Shown here piece after piece: positions 8,505 to 17,826 of a stretch of 44,019 bases of DNA. The position numbers and the translations under genes are program-made. Each line of letters begins with the position of its first letter. The stretch's first letter is position 1. The notes under the pieces are model-generated. The model was not told the DNA's origin. It saw only the letters and a program-made list of their open reading frames with translations, and ran no database searches. This DNA is from Candidatus Omnitrophota bacterium. Its GTDB lineage: Bacteria; Omnitrophota; Gorgyraeia; 1-14-0-20-64-10. Where the stretch lies: the NCBI GenBank assembly GCA_023248095.1, contig JAHFFF010000001.1:1-44019 (forward strand), in the 5' to 3' direction.

Positions 8505-9812
8505 CTACGGTTCCTTGGCCTTGAGGGTATCATCCGCAAGGAGCGCGAACGGCCTCGCCGCAACCGTGCCCGAAACCTTACGACCGTCGACAAGGACCCG
8601 GATGAATTCGCCGACACGCAGCTGTTGGCCTCCGTACTCATACCGGTAGACCCCATGTCCGCCTTGCAGTAGCGCAGGGACCACGACTTCGACAACAGGG
8701 GAGCTGTTGAAATTGCGGCGCGCGAGGGGAAGATCCAGATTCCGCAGCAGTCGTTTCACCCGCCATTCCGGACGCTGCCGAAGGGATTCCAATGCGGCCC
8801 TGCCCTTCTCGTCCAGAAGGATGTCCACCACCACGAGTACAGGACTTGAGCTTCGAATCTTCATCGCTCGTTCCATCATCTCGGTCTTCGGACCGTTTGG
8901 AAGCTGGAGGATCAGGCTTTCCATTGAAATCGTCGGTGTTCCCGTCACTTCGATTCGCAGGCACTCCGGACTGACGTGCCTCGCCTCCCCCATCAGATGC
9001 TCCCCCAGCCAGACGAGGGTGCCTTCGCGAAGGTTATGGCCGTGAAGGAACAGATCCACGGTTTCGCCGAGCCGAAGGGTATCCGGTTCGATGGAGTGGA
9101 CTTCCGGCGCTGGGAGCACGGTCACGGCTCGTTCCCAAGTGACCGACTGTCCTCCCAGGTTGGTTACCGTCACATCCTGCTCTCCCAGCGGCAAGGGAGC
9201 CTCCCCCTTCTTGAGTTTCCCCTGGATCCGTTTGTGGGCCGTGGCGTCCACCACCTCCAACTCCCGGTCCCCGACACGAAGTGTGCAGTGCGAAGTGAAA
9301 AACTCACCGAGCACTTCGAGTGAAGCCCCGGCGCCTTGGCTGTAGATGATCTTGGGGTTCACCCCTGAGATCTTGGGCTGCCAAATCACCTCCACCGCGT
9401 CCGGCAAGGCCGCGTAGCGGCCCCGCCCATCGTGCACGATGGCCCGGTAGACGCCCGGTTCATATTGCTCCGTGATCTCGAGCCAGATCGTCGACTCGTC
9501 GAAGTAGACACCCCCCTGGTCATTGTAATCCCCGAGCCGGATCGTGCTCTCCCGATCAAACCCGGTTCCCTTCATCACCACACGCTTGCCGGGCCCGGCC
9601 ACAATCCGCTTCGGCTCTGCGCTGAAGATCTCTAGCGTTTTGTGGTGGGAAGCTCGAACCGCGTACCATACGGTGCTGCCCAACGTCAAAAGGAAAAAAA
9701 GGACCAGCAGGTCCAGCGGATTGAGAAGGCCGAGGAGGCGCCCCTGGCGATTCAGGATCACGGCTTCACGGGCCTCCGACAGAAATCCTCCTTGCCCCGG
9801 GCCACAACCCAT
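8505..9812 (-). CDS. N-terminally anchored DUF4330-like protein with about 3 IPT/TIG-like beta-sandwich repeats
   Basis: ILNRQGRLLGLLNPLDLLVLFFLL matches the characteristic DUF4330 N-terminus. Three repeats have the form P(K/E)x(I/V)...G..(V/L)...G..F......(L/V)GD. An alternative GTG start at 9761 would give a GTGA overlap with the upstream stop (9758-9760). Confidence 0.6.
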   Translation of the reverse strand: MGCGPGQGGFLSEAREAVILNRQGRLLGLLNPLDLLVLFFLLTLGSTVWYAVRASHHKTLEIFSAEPKRIVAGPGKRVVMKGTGFDRESTIRLGDYNDQGGVYFDESTIWLEITEQYEPGVYRAIVHDGRGRYAALPDAVEVIWQPKISGVNPKIIYSQGAGASLEVLGEFFTSHCTLRVGDRELEVVDATAHKRIQGKLKKGEAPLPLGEQDVTVTNLGGQSVTWERAVTVLPAPEVHSIEPDTLRLGETVDLFLHGHNLREGTLVWLGEHLMGEARHVSPECLRIEVTGTPTISMESLILQLPNGPKTEMMERAMKIRSSSPVLVVVDILLDEKGRAALESLRQRPEWRVKRLLRNLDLPLARRNFNSSPVVEVVVPALLQGGHGVYRYEYGGQQLRVGEFIRVLVDGRKVSGTVAARPFALLADDTLKAKEP

Positions 9813-11131
9813 AGCCCTGCGGCGGCAAAGAGCAAAACGATGGGTGTCACCATGTCCCGCAGTCGGATGAGAGTCCCGATGTTAGCGTTGGACAAGGCCC
9901 CCATCAGGGTCCACACAACGAAGGCCGCCACAAGGAATGCGCAGTTCCAGGTATTCCAGCTAAGCCCCGCAACAGCACCGATCAGGGCTAGGGGCAACAG
10001 GAAGTACCAGAGGATCATTTGGGGAACCAGGAGAGCGACGAACCAGTCGCCCGCCCGCGATGGGAAGGGTTCGAGTAGATAGTGCATGATGGCGTTTGGA
10101 ATTCGCTGCACCAGGACCTGGGTAGGGGCGGGAGTTGTGTAGGGATAGAATCGGTCGGGAAGATAGCGGTAGACCATCCCGGTTCCACCCACGTATCCGA
10201 TGTGCCGGTAGACGGCCAGCCGGAGGCCGCTCGAGATCACAGGGGGAGCGAAGTGAACCATGCCTACCGCCATCAGGACCAGGGGGACGTACCACCTTTT
10301 CCGAAGGCACCACTCCAGGCAGCAAACCAAGGTCAACCCCGCGGCTAGACCGACAAGAAATTCCTGCCGGCCAAAGGCAAGGAGCGCGCGAAACAGCAAC
10401 AGGAGCAACAACGGGTAGGCCACCCAGCGTCGAAATCCATGCCCCACCCGGATGGCCTGAAAAAGCAGGAACAAGAAACCCAGGAAAAGGAAGAAAAGGG
10501 GTTCCTTCAAATTCGTGGTGGACCAAAAGATCAGCGTGGGAAACAGGGCCACCAGCCCAGCGGTCCAGCGGGCGATCGTCGACTGGAAACAGGACTTGGC
10601 CAATAAGAAGAGTGGCAGGATCAGCAACGCTCCGATCCATCCGTTCACCCACTTGACGGAAACGGGACTGAATCCAAACAGGTAATAAAACCAGCCGATC
10701 ACGAAGACATACCCGTGATGACCATAGTCCTGGATTCGGCGCAGGATCGCAGGTTCCGACACGCCGTTGACGTATTGGGCCATGCAGTAGCCACGCTCAG
10801 AGTAGTAGTCGCTGTCCCCCATCCGCATGTAGTTCCGGGTTTTGTCAATGATACCCAAATTCCAATACTCCACGGGTGCCCTCTTCATGGGAGGATACCC
10901 CTCGACGATGCACGAGCCCAGGTCGAGACCCAGCGAAAGGACCGCCCGAACGGAGAAACCAATCAGGAACCAGCGAATAAGGAAGGCGCGGTCTTCCTGC
11001 GCGGCCAAACGGCGGAGCGCAGCGCACGTCCCTGCGACCAGGAGCAGAACAAAGACGCTGCCCGGCGACAGGGCAGCAATGATTCCCAACAGTGATCCAA
11101 ACACCCACAGCTTCATCGAGGTCTGCTTCAC
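9758..11131 (-). CDS. Polytopic membrane protein, GT-C/PMT_2-like glycosyltransferase candidate
   Basis: 457 aa with more than 10 hydrophobic segments. It has a large first loop with an acidic cluster (MGDSDYYSERGY). Start is either GTG 11131 (GTGA overlap) or ATG 11116 (MKLWVFG...). Confidence 0.5.
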   Translation of the reverse strand: MKQTSMKLWVFGSLLGIIAALSPGSVFVLLLVAGTCAALRRLAAQEDRAFLIRWFLIGFSVRAVLSLGLDLGSCIVEGYPPMKRAPVEYWNLGIIDKTRNYMRMGDSDYYSERGYCMAQYVNGVSEPAILRRIQDYGHHGYVFVIGWFYYLFGFSPVSVKWVNGWIGALLILPLFLLAKSCFQSTIARWTAGLVALFPTLIFWSTTNLKEPLFFLFLGFLFLLFQAIRVGHGFRRWVAYPLLLLLLFRALLAFGRQEFLVGLAAGLTLVCCLEWCLRKRWYVPLVLMAVGMVHFAPPVISSGLRLAVYRHIGYVGGTGMVYRYLPDRFYPYTTPAPTQVLVQRIPNAIMHYLLEPFPSRAGDWFVALLVPQMILWYFLLPLALIGAVAGLSWNTWNCAFLVAAFVVWTLMGALSNANIGTLIRLRDMVTPIVLLFAAAGLWVVARGKEDFCRRPVKP

Positions 11132-12078
11132 GAGCGGCAGGCCTCACCCAGGGATAGCCCCGGCGCCGACACTCGGTGCCGCCGGGCATTCCCAACCCAG
11201 CGCCGTACGAGGCGAAGCGGCAGACCCGTCACGTAGGGCATTACCCGGGGCGAAGTCCGGATGGCCTTCCAGGTCCAGGCCACCGCCCGTCCCCATTCCC
11301 GGTTGCGCAGATACCCCCCTGCCAGCATGGCGTAGAAACGAGCCCAGATCTGCGGGGCCCGCGAGCGGATGCCTGGCTCCAGGGAAGGATCGGAGAAAAA
11401 TCGTGTTAAGGAACGGACCCCTGGTTCAATATGAATCCCGACGTCTCGGCTCTGATTGTTGGGATACTGCCGGTAGTACACCAGGATCTCCGGTACAGAT
11501 CGCAGGGTTCCTGCTCGGGCCAACCGGCAGGCCATATCCCAATCCGACAGGATCACCAGGTCTGTGCCAAATCCCCCGATGGACTGGAGGACCCCTCTTC
11601 GGATGACCACGGCCGAGGAAAAGGCCGGTAGATTCCGGAAAAGAAGGAAGTCCATCAGCGTATCCTGTGAGGGAGCGCAACGCCGCTCCTCAAGCACCTC
11701 CTTGAGTTGGGCGTCAACGCAGTAGGCGCTGCACTGAACCGCGAGGATCTCCGGCTCCTGGCGGAATGCCGCCATCTGGATCTCTAGCTTTCGGGGAAGC
11801 CAGAGGTCATCGCCATCCAGAAATGCCACAAAGTCTCCTTGAGCCTCTGCGATCCCGAGATTCCGCGCGGATCCCGTGCCCCCGTTCGGCTTGGGGAGAT
11901 AACGGATGCGGTCGAGGTAGGGGCGAACTCGGGCTGCCGTTTCATCTGTGGATCCATCGTCGATGACCAGAATCTCGAAGTCACGATACGACTGCTGGAG
12001 GACAGATTCGATGGCTCCCACGATGGTGTCGGCCTTGTTGTAGGTCACGATCACAACGGAAACGGTAGGAGGGGTCAT
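11128..12078 (-). CDS. GT2 family glycosyltransferase
   Basis: VSVVIVTYNKADTIVGAIESVLQQSYRDFEILVIDDGSTDET...FLDGDDLW: canonical GT-A/GT2 N-terminal motifs with DxD. ATGA overlap at 12075-12078. Confidence 0.85.
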   Translation of the reverse strand: MTPPTVSVVIVTYNKADTIVGAIESVLQQSYRDFEILVIDDGSTDETAARVRPYLDRIRYLPKPNGGTGSARNLGIAEAQGDFVAFLDGDDLWLPRKLEIQMAAFRQEPEILAVQCSAYCVDAQLKEVLEERRCAPSQDTLMDFLLFRNLPAFSSAVVIRRGVLQSIGGFGTDLVILSDWDMACRLARAGTLRSVPEILVYYRQYPNNQSRDVGIHIEPGVRSLTRFFSDPSLEPGIRSRAPQIWARFYAMLAGGYLRNREWGRAVAWTWKAIRTSPRVMPYVTGLPLRLVRRWVGNARRHRVSAPGLSLGEACRS

Positions 12079-12839
12079 ATCGTCATGGCGGTGAATCCGC
12101 CATCCACGGTGATGAGGGAACCGGTAACGAAGCTTGCGGCATCTGAGCAGAGCCAGAGCACTGCCCCGATGAGTTCGTTGGGCTCACCGAATCGCCTCAT
12201 CGGCGTGTGACCGAGGATCTTCTGTTTTCGCTGGCGGTCAATGAAATGCTTCATGCTCCACTGCGTCGGGAAGAAGCCTGGCCGGAGGGCATTCACCCGC
12301 ACCCCGTGAGGTGCCCATTCCCGTGCGAGATTCTGGGTCAGATTGGCTACACCCGCCTTGGCTACCGAATAGACAAAGGCCTTCGACAGGGGTGGGCCGG
12401 CCGAGACCGAGGTGAAGTTAATGATGCTCCCAGATTGTTGCCGGATCATCGTCTCCCCAAAGACCTGGCAGCTGTAGAGCGTGCCCAGCAGGTTCACCCC
12501 GAGGATTCGCCGGATTTCACTCGCAGAGACCCTGAGAAAGGGTGTCGGGGCGTTTGCCCCTGCCCCATTGAGGAGGATGTCCACTCGCCCATGCCTGCGC
12601 AGGATGGCGTTCCTACAACGGGTCAGCTCCCTCTTGGAGGTGACGTCACACGCCAACCAGTACACCGACTGGGCAAGGTCTGCCGGGAGGTTCCGTTTTT
12701 GCTTTGGCAGATCCAGAATGGCAACCTCGACACCTGACTCCAGAAGGGCACGACATAAAGTGGAACAAAGGTAACCGGCTCCACCGATGATAGCGGCTAC
12801 CTTTCCAGAGAGGTTGAATCGTTTCTCGAGTGTTCCCAT
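12075..12839 (-). CDS. Short-chain dehydrogenase/reductase (classical SDR)
   Basis: GKVAAIIGGAGYLCSTL Rossmann motif, NGAG, catalytic YSVAKAG (YxxxK). Confidence 0.8.
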   Translation of the reverse strand: MGTLEKRFNLSGKVAAIIGGAGYLCSTLCRALLESGVEVAILDLPKQKRNLPADLAQSVYWLACDVTSKRELTRCRNAILRRHGRVDILLNGAGANAPTPFLRVSASEIRRILGVNLLGTLYSCQVFGETMIRQQSGSIINFTSVSAGPPLSKAFVYSVAKAGVANLTQNLAREWAPHGVRVNALRPGFFPTQWSMKHFIDRQRKQKILGHTPMRRFGEPNELIGAVLWLCSDAASFVTGSLITVDGGFTAMTI

Positions 12840-14341
12840 TACAGCTGGGTACGTAGCGTGCTGGCGGCAAACCTCTTTCCATGATGGAAACCATGGGAAT
12901 AGACCGTCGCATAATCAATTAAGGTGCTTCCCTTTCGGGAAACCTTTTCCGGCTCAAACCGATAATACGTTGTATTGTACACCTGAAAGGTAAGCATTTC
13001 CCCTTCCGTCTGCAGGGGGGACCGCAGGATATAAACAGGAATGGACTTTCCGACAATCCCTGGGACGAGGCGCTGGAACGCAGATCCTACGAGTCCATCC
13101 ACCCCCCAATAGAGATCCAGTTGATTGAGGGGATCCTTTATCCAGGTGTAGGGTATCCTCTGGGCAAAACTGTACTGGTCAATGAGAATCCGATCCCCTT
13201 GCAGGATGGAGCCCTTCTTCTCTTGGAGGGTCTCCAGGACCGCATTGTTCATCCGACATGATACGACCTGGTTCCAGGCAATTCCCTGATTTACCACCAA
13301 CCCCACACCCATCAAAAAGGTCATGAGGATCGGCCGAGCGCCGAAGAGGAAGCGGAGTACGGCAATGACGAAGATGGAAAAGCCGAGAGAGGCTAAGGCC
13401 GTATGCCGGCTCAGAGGCCCATAGGGCACTAAGGCTGCGGGGATCAGGAAGAGGATCGACATGGCCATCGAAAGAAGGATCGCCCGGAGGGGGATTTGAG
13501 GGATCGGGCTCTTCCGTAACCGCAGGAGGAATCCCCCAAGGGCCAGCCCGTTGCCCACCAGCAGAACAAAAATCCAGGGGGGTTCTATGAAGGGGAAGCG
13601 GGCCAGACCGTAGAGGGTCCACTTGATCATCTGGCGCCCGAAATAGAGATTCGGTACCGTTACGGACAGATTGGACCACAAATAATTGAGTGGGACGGGA
13701 TCGAGACCGGATCTCAATAACAGGTAGAACAATGCGGGGAGAAAGAACAGCAGGGATGCCCCAAGTTTTTTTCTGCCGTAGAGGGCTGCGGCGGCGACCA
13801 AGACAAAAGGAAGAAAGAAGCCCAGTTCGTACCAAAAAATGGAGATGGTATAGCAGATCAGCGAAGCCAAGAGAGAGAGCGGATTGGATTTTCTTAAATA
13901 GGCCAGAAAGAGGGCGAGGCCTGCTACCGTGATGGCATAGACGGCGTTCAAATGGGCATCCGCAAGGTGGTGGTAAAGCTGCTCCTTATTCGGGAGAAGG
14001 ATGAAGAAGGCGCTGCAGATTAAGCTCAGTAGGCGATCGCCGACAAGCTCCGTCATCAAGAAATAAACCGATACGGCCAGAAGGCTGCTGGCCAAGAAGA
14101 GCAGGGTGACCCAGAGCAGCTTATTCTCTCCGGCGAACCAGTGTAGGAGAATGTAGGAGATCTCCAAGGGACGACGCGCAGTGGTCAGCTGAGCACGGAC
14201 ATACTCCGCCCGTGCTTGTCCCGGAGAAATCTGAAGGATCTGCAGATCGTCTGAAGCCAGGGAGACCCGCTCAAAAGGCAGAAAATGGGCCAACAGATTG
14301 AGGCCGACTATGGCTGCGATGGGAAGAAGGGCCCTCTTCAT
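12839..14341 (-). CDS. Polytopic membrane protein with C-terminal soluble domain; GT-C-like glycosyltransferase or polymerase candidate
   Basis: 500 aa with about 11 hydrophobic segments. The first loop carries SLASDDLQIL (an acidic pair as in GT-C enzymes). The C-terminal ~150 aa are soluble. ATGA overlap at 14338-14341. Confidence 0.45.
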   Translation of the reverse strand: MKRALLPIAAIVGLNLLAHFLPFERVSLASDDLQILQISPGQARAEYVRAQLTTARRPLEISYILLHWFAGENKLLWVTLLFLASSLLAVSVYFLMTELVGDRLLSLICSAFFILLPNKEQLYHHLADAHLNAVYAITVAGLALFLAYLRKSNPLSLLASLICYTISIFWYELGFFLPFVLVAAAALYGRKKLGASLLFFLPALFYLLLRSGLDPVPLNYLWSNLSVTVPNLYFGRQMIKWTLYGLARFPFIEPPWIFVLLVGNGLALGGFLLRLRKSPIPQIPLRAILLSMAMSILFLIPAALVPYGPLSRHTALASLGFSIFVIAVLRFLFGARPILMTFLMGVGLVVNQGIAWNQVVSCRMNNAVLETLQEKKGSILQGDRILIDQYSFAQRIPYTWIKDPLNQLDLYWGVDGLVGSAFQRLVPGIVGKSIPVYILRSPLQTEGEMLTFQVYNTTYYRFEPEKVSRKGSTLIDYATVYSHGFHHGKRFAASTLRTQL

Positions 14342-15621
14342 CCGGGCAGGAGATGGACCTCGGGAAGCGGCACGATAAAGCGTGTGCCTTGAGTGACCAG
14401 CTGCGATTCTCGTTGTATGAAGTGGTTCACAAAGCTGTACGGCAGCACCAATAAATAATCCGGCTTGGCTAGACGCAGGGCGGCCTCGTCCCGAATGGGG
14501 ATGTCGGTACCGATCAGGTACTTCCCGTGCTTGAAGGGATTGGCATCGGCAGCCGCGTCAATCTCCTCCTTACCGATTCCACAGTATTGCAGGATCACGT
14601 TCCCCTTGGTTGAGGCACCGTAGACCCAGATGCTCTTTCCTTGGGCCCGTACGGATCGGCAGAGACGGACGAGATCTTCCCGGGTCTTTTCAATGCGTCC
14701 CATAAATGCCTGATACGTCGCTGGATCGGCGAGGCCCTCGGCCTCTTCCTCCTGCAGGAGACGGCGATAGCGATTCGATTCCGGATGCCTCGTGCACCCC
14801 TGGTGCTTCACGAAGACCCGGAAGCTGCCACCATAAACATCATTCAGGGTCACATCAAAAATGGCCAGGCCTACTTGCTCCATAATCCACTGCAACTGAC
14901 GGATGGCATAGTACCCGCAATGCTCATGGACGATGTTGTCATACATGTTCGTCCTTAACATGGAGGGCAGGTAGGCCATCTGGATGATCCAGGCTCCCTC
15001 GGCATCCAGGCACGCCGCCACCTCCCGTGAGAACCGAACGGGGTCGTTGAGGTGGTAGAACATCGCGATGCTGGTGATGAGCTTTGCCTTCCGGTGGGCC
15101 GCCGTCCTGTACACGGCTTGGCTGAACAGCTGACGAACGTGCGTGTAGTGGGGATCCTGGAAGATGGGCTGAACGTTCTGCGCAGGGTCGATACCGAGGA
15201 GTTTAAATCCCTGGCCACGGAAGCACGAAAGGAGTGTTCCATCGTTGGCGCCGATGTCTAGGATTACATCTCCCTTCTGAAGATGTCCGAGGGCAAGGCC
15301 GTCGTCTGCCACCTCCTTCAACATGAGCGGCATGGAGGAGTTGGTCGAGCTCGTGTAGGGGTATTCCTGGTACATGGCGTTCAAGTCAACGTGATGGGCC
15401 AACTGCACCAGACCACAGCTGGGGGGTGACTCCCGATGCGCGCACAAGACGAGCTCGAGGGGCCACTGCGCTGTGCTGGTGCGGTAATTGAGATGGGTTG
15501 GGAAGATGGAGGACAAGTGTTGCTTGCCAAGAGGGATGCAGGAAACCAGAGAGGTATTGCCGCAGACGCGACACTGCGTGATGGGGGCAGCCTCAACCGC
15601 CATTGATGGGGTGGTACCCAA
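14338..15621 (-). CDS. NDP-hexose C-methyltransferase-type SAM methyltransferase (TylCIII-like architecture)
   Basis: N-terminal Zn-ribbon CRVCGN...(about 40 aa)...C..., SAM motif VILDIGANDGTLL, and a C-terminal C-methyltransferase-type domain (...VYGASTKGNVILQY...YLLVLPYSF...). Confidence 0.7.
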   Translation of the reverse strand: MGTTPSMAVEAAPITQCRVCGNTSLVSCIPLGKQHLSSIFPTHLNYRTSTAQWPLELVLCAHRESPPSCGLVQLAHHVDLNAMYQEYPYTSSTNSSMPLMLKEVADDGLALGHLQKGDVILDIGANDGTLLSCFRGQGFKLLGIDPAQNVQPIFQDPHYTHVRQLFSQAVYRTAAHRKAKLITSIAMFYHLNDPVRFSREVAACLDAEGAWIIQMAYLPSMLRTNMYDNIVHEHCGYYAIRQLQWIMEQVGLAIFDVTLNDVYGGSFRVFVKHQGCTRHPESNRYRRLLQEEEAEGLADPATYQAFMGRIEKTREDLVRLCRSVRAQGKSIWVYGASTKGNVILQYCGIGKEEIDAAADANPFKHGKYLIGTDIPIRDEAALRLAKPDYLLVLPYSFVNHFIQRESQLVTQGTRFIVPLPEVHLLPG

Positions 15622-15626
15622 TGGGG

Positions 15627-16343
15627 TTAGCCCGTCCTGCTGGATTGAGGCCGATGCCCGAGGGGTTGCAGGACCCGGAGGACGTCGCGGGCATCGGGAA
15701 AATTGGGCTCAGGATTTTCGATCTCCTGATGATCGATAGCCCCTTCAAATTCCACACGGCAGCCCAGGTGGTCGGCCACCTCCCGTAACTCCACGGCGTT
15801 TCGCGCCCCGACCTCAACGGTGCCCGTCCGGTCCAGATGGGTGGCGATCCAGGTGCTGACAAACTCGAGGGGAGCGAAACAGTACCGGCTTTCTGCCGCC
15901 ACATAGACCTTTCGTCCCTGAAGCATATCCACCAGCACGCCCTTGTCCAATTCGGGGCTGTACATGGGGCCTAAGCGGATGATCAGATGTTCTGCGAACC
16001 CGCAGAGATTCTCCGCCGCCGCCTTGTGGCGTCCGTACACCGTGTCGAGTTGGCATCTCGCTGACACGGTGCTGATCTGCACGAATTTCCGGTGCCGCCA
16101 GCGATAAAGGAGGTCGGCGGTCTTCTGTACTGTTTCAACGAAGTCCCGGCCGGGGTCCGTCTTTGCGAGAAAGCGCTTCGACGGCATCGCCGCGTTGATA
16201 AGGATGTCGAAGGTGTTCTCCTGCATCTGGGTGTAGTTGGCGCGGGTTACTGCCGTCACAACCATGCGAGGGTTCCGCCCAATGGCCTGTGCCAGCGCCC
16301 CCCCCACGTACCCCGACGCGCCAACGACAGCAACCTTAGTCAT
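15627..16343 (-). CDS. NAD(P)-dependent epimerase/reductase (short extended-SDR)
   Basis: VAVVGASGYVGGAL Rossmann motif and catalytic YGRHK (YxxxK). 238 aa. Confidence 0.65.
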   Translation of the reverse strand: MTKVAVVGASGYVGGALAQAIGRNPRMVVTAVTRANYTQMQENTFDILINAAMPSKRFLAKTDPGRDFVETVQKTADLLYRWRHRKFVQISTVSARCQLDTVYGRHKAAAENLCGFAEHLIIRLGPMYSPELDKGVLVDMLQGRKVYVAAESRYCFAPLEFVSTWIATHLDRTGTVEVGARNAVELREVADHLGCRVEFEGAIDHQEIENPEPNFPDARDVLRVLQPLGHRPQSSRTG

Positions 16344-16737
16344 GAACCGGCGGCGGCGCCATCACATGCATGTGAATAATGGGTTTCTCACAATCGTCCC
16401 ACGGCTTTGACAACATCGAGATGGCCGTGACCGGAGTAATGGCATAGAAGGTGTGCACCACGCCCATCGGATTGTGAGAACACATCCCCTTCCCCATATG
16501 GATGACCTCTTCTGGAGCGTTCTCAGAATCCTTAGTAATCATCACTCCTTCGCCTTCGACGATGAGAAAGTATTCATGGAATTCCGGATGGTAATGGTTC
16601 CCCCTCGTCCTCCCCGGCTTGAAGTAGAGCATGTTGAACTCCATAATCTTATGCTCCGGAACCCACGTGAAGATTCCCCCCCGTCCGTCACGCACGGTAT
16701 CAAGATTACACGAGGGAGTTAATATCCTAATTTTCAT
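16336..16737 (-). CDS. Cupin-fold sugar epimerase/isomerase (CapF C-terminal-domain-like/WxcM-like)
   Basis: Start set to ATG 16737 (MKIRIL...), preceded by AGGAGG 9 nt upstream; the track ORF extends to 16812. RGNHYHPEFHEYFLIVEGEG is a cupin motif 1 with His ligands. Confidence 0.6.
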   Translation of the reverse strand: MKIRILTPSCNLDTVRDGRGGIFTWVPEHKIMEFNMLYFKPGRTRGNHYHPEFHEYFLIVEGEGVMITKDSENAPEEVIHMGKGMCSHNPMGVVHTFYAITPVTAISMLSKPWDDCEKPIIHMHVMAPPPVHD

Positions 16738-16746
16738 GGATGCTGA

Positions 16747-16752
16747 CCTCCT
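16747..16752 (-). promoter_or_regulatory. Shine-Dalgarno AGGAGG for the cupin gene
   Basis: Plus-strand CCTCCT at 16747-16752, 9 nt upstream of ATG 16737. Confidence 0.6.
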
Positions 16753-16851
16753 GATGATGGCATTACCATTGGCTTCAGTCTGCTGCATCTGGTACGGAAC
16801 CTGCTGTTGCACAGGTGGATCGAGGGGTTCGTCCGACGAAGATGATGTAGC

Positions 16852-17826
16852 CTAACATGCAGCGGGTGGTTTGTCAACGAGACGCGAGGGATCATCGGTT
16901 TTCCCATTAAAGAACCGAAGGACGTTCCTTGCGCAAGAGAACTCCATGGCAGAACGGGAAGCGCGCGTCAGGGTGGATACGTGTGGCGTGCACAAAACCT
17001 GAGGCAAATCGCGCAGCCTTCCTTGATACGGTTCCTCTTCAAAGACATCCAGTGCTGCCGCAGAGAGCCGCCCTGAGGAGAGGGCCTCTTCCAACCCCCG
17101 CTCATCCACCAGGTAACCTCGGGCCGTGTTGACCAACCGACTGCCCGGTTTCATGGAAAATAACTCCGCGTGTCCTAAGAGGGGTCCCTCCTCTTTCGAG
17201 CGGCTGGCATGAAGGGAAACCAGATCGGACTCAGCCAGAAGTTTCCCCAGATCGCAGAGGGTGATTCCCGCGGGAACCTCCTCGGGGTGCAGCCTCGGAT
17301 CCGCTGCCAGGATTTTGGGGCCGAAGATCTGAAGGTAGCGCCCCACTGCCTGCCCGATTCGACCAAAACCCACCAGCCCAATGGTCCATTCTGAAAGAAG
17401 GAACCCGGTCTGCTTGCGCCATTTCCCCTGCCCCATGTCCCGCAGGTGTTGAGGAAAGTGGCGTGCCAGCGCCAAGATCATTCCTACCGTCATCTGGGCC
17501 ACCGGCTCCACCACTTCCTCGGCGGTGGTAAAAACGGCGACCTTGAGCTTCTGTGCAGTCTCCAGATCGATGGAATCGGTGCCCACGCCGCAGCGGCTGA
17601 TCACCTTCAATCGGGAAAGCGAGCGGAGGAGTTGCGCGTCGTATGGCTCCACGCCGGCCAAAATCGCGTCTGCCTCCTGCAGCAGTGGAAGCATCTCCTC
17701 CCGTTTCAGGCGTCTGCCTAACTCATTTCGGCGGACGTCAAATCCGGCCTCCTGCAGGAGGCGCAGTGGCCGATCGTCTGATTCACAGAACTGTTGAAGC
17801 GCTACAAAGACCGTGGGGCGATTCAT
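16852..17826 (-). CDS. D-isomer-specific 2-hydroxyacid dehydrogenase (phosphoglycerate dehydrogenase-like)
   Basis: IGLVGFGRIGQAVG NAD motif; NTARG; EEPY...CTPHVS catalytic His region. Confidence 0.85.
   Translation of the reverse strand: MNRPTVFVALQQFCESDDRPLRLLQEAGFDVRRNELGRRLKREEMLPLLQEADAILAGVEPYDAQLLRSLSRLKVISRCGVGTDSIDLETAQKLKVAVFTTAEEVVEPVAQMTVGMILALARHFPQHLRDMGQGKWRKQTGFLLSEWTIGLVGFGRIGQAVGRYLQIFGPKILAADPRLHPEEVPAGITLCDLGKLLAESDLVSLHASRSKEEGPLLGHAELFSMKPGSRLVNTARGYLVDERGLEEALSSGRLSAAALDVFEEEPYQGRLRDLPQVLCTPHVSTLTRASRSAMEFSCARNVLRFFNGKTDDPSRLVDKPPAAC

Noticed and set aside
16738-16851. Gln-rich leader (MQQQVPYQMQQTEANG...) upstream of the cupin gene as a possible leader peptide or regulatory element
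   Set aside because: A strong AGGAGG precedes the internal ATG at 16737, and the cupin domain is complete from there. No attenuator-like hairpins were evident by eye. I treated the region as a plain intergenic spacer.
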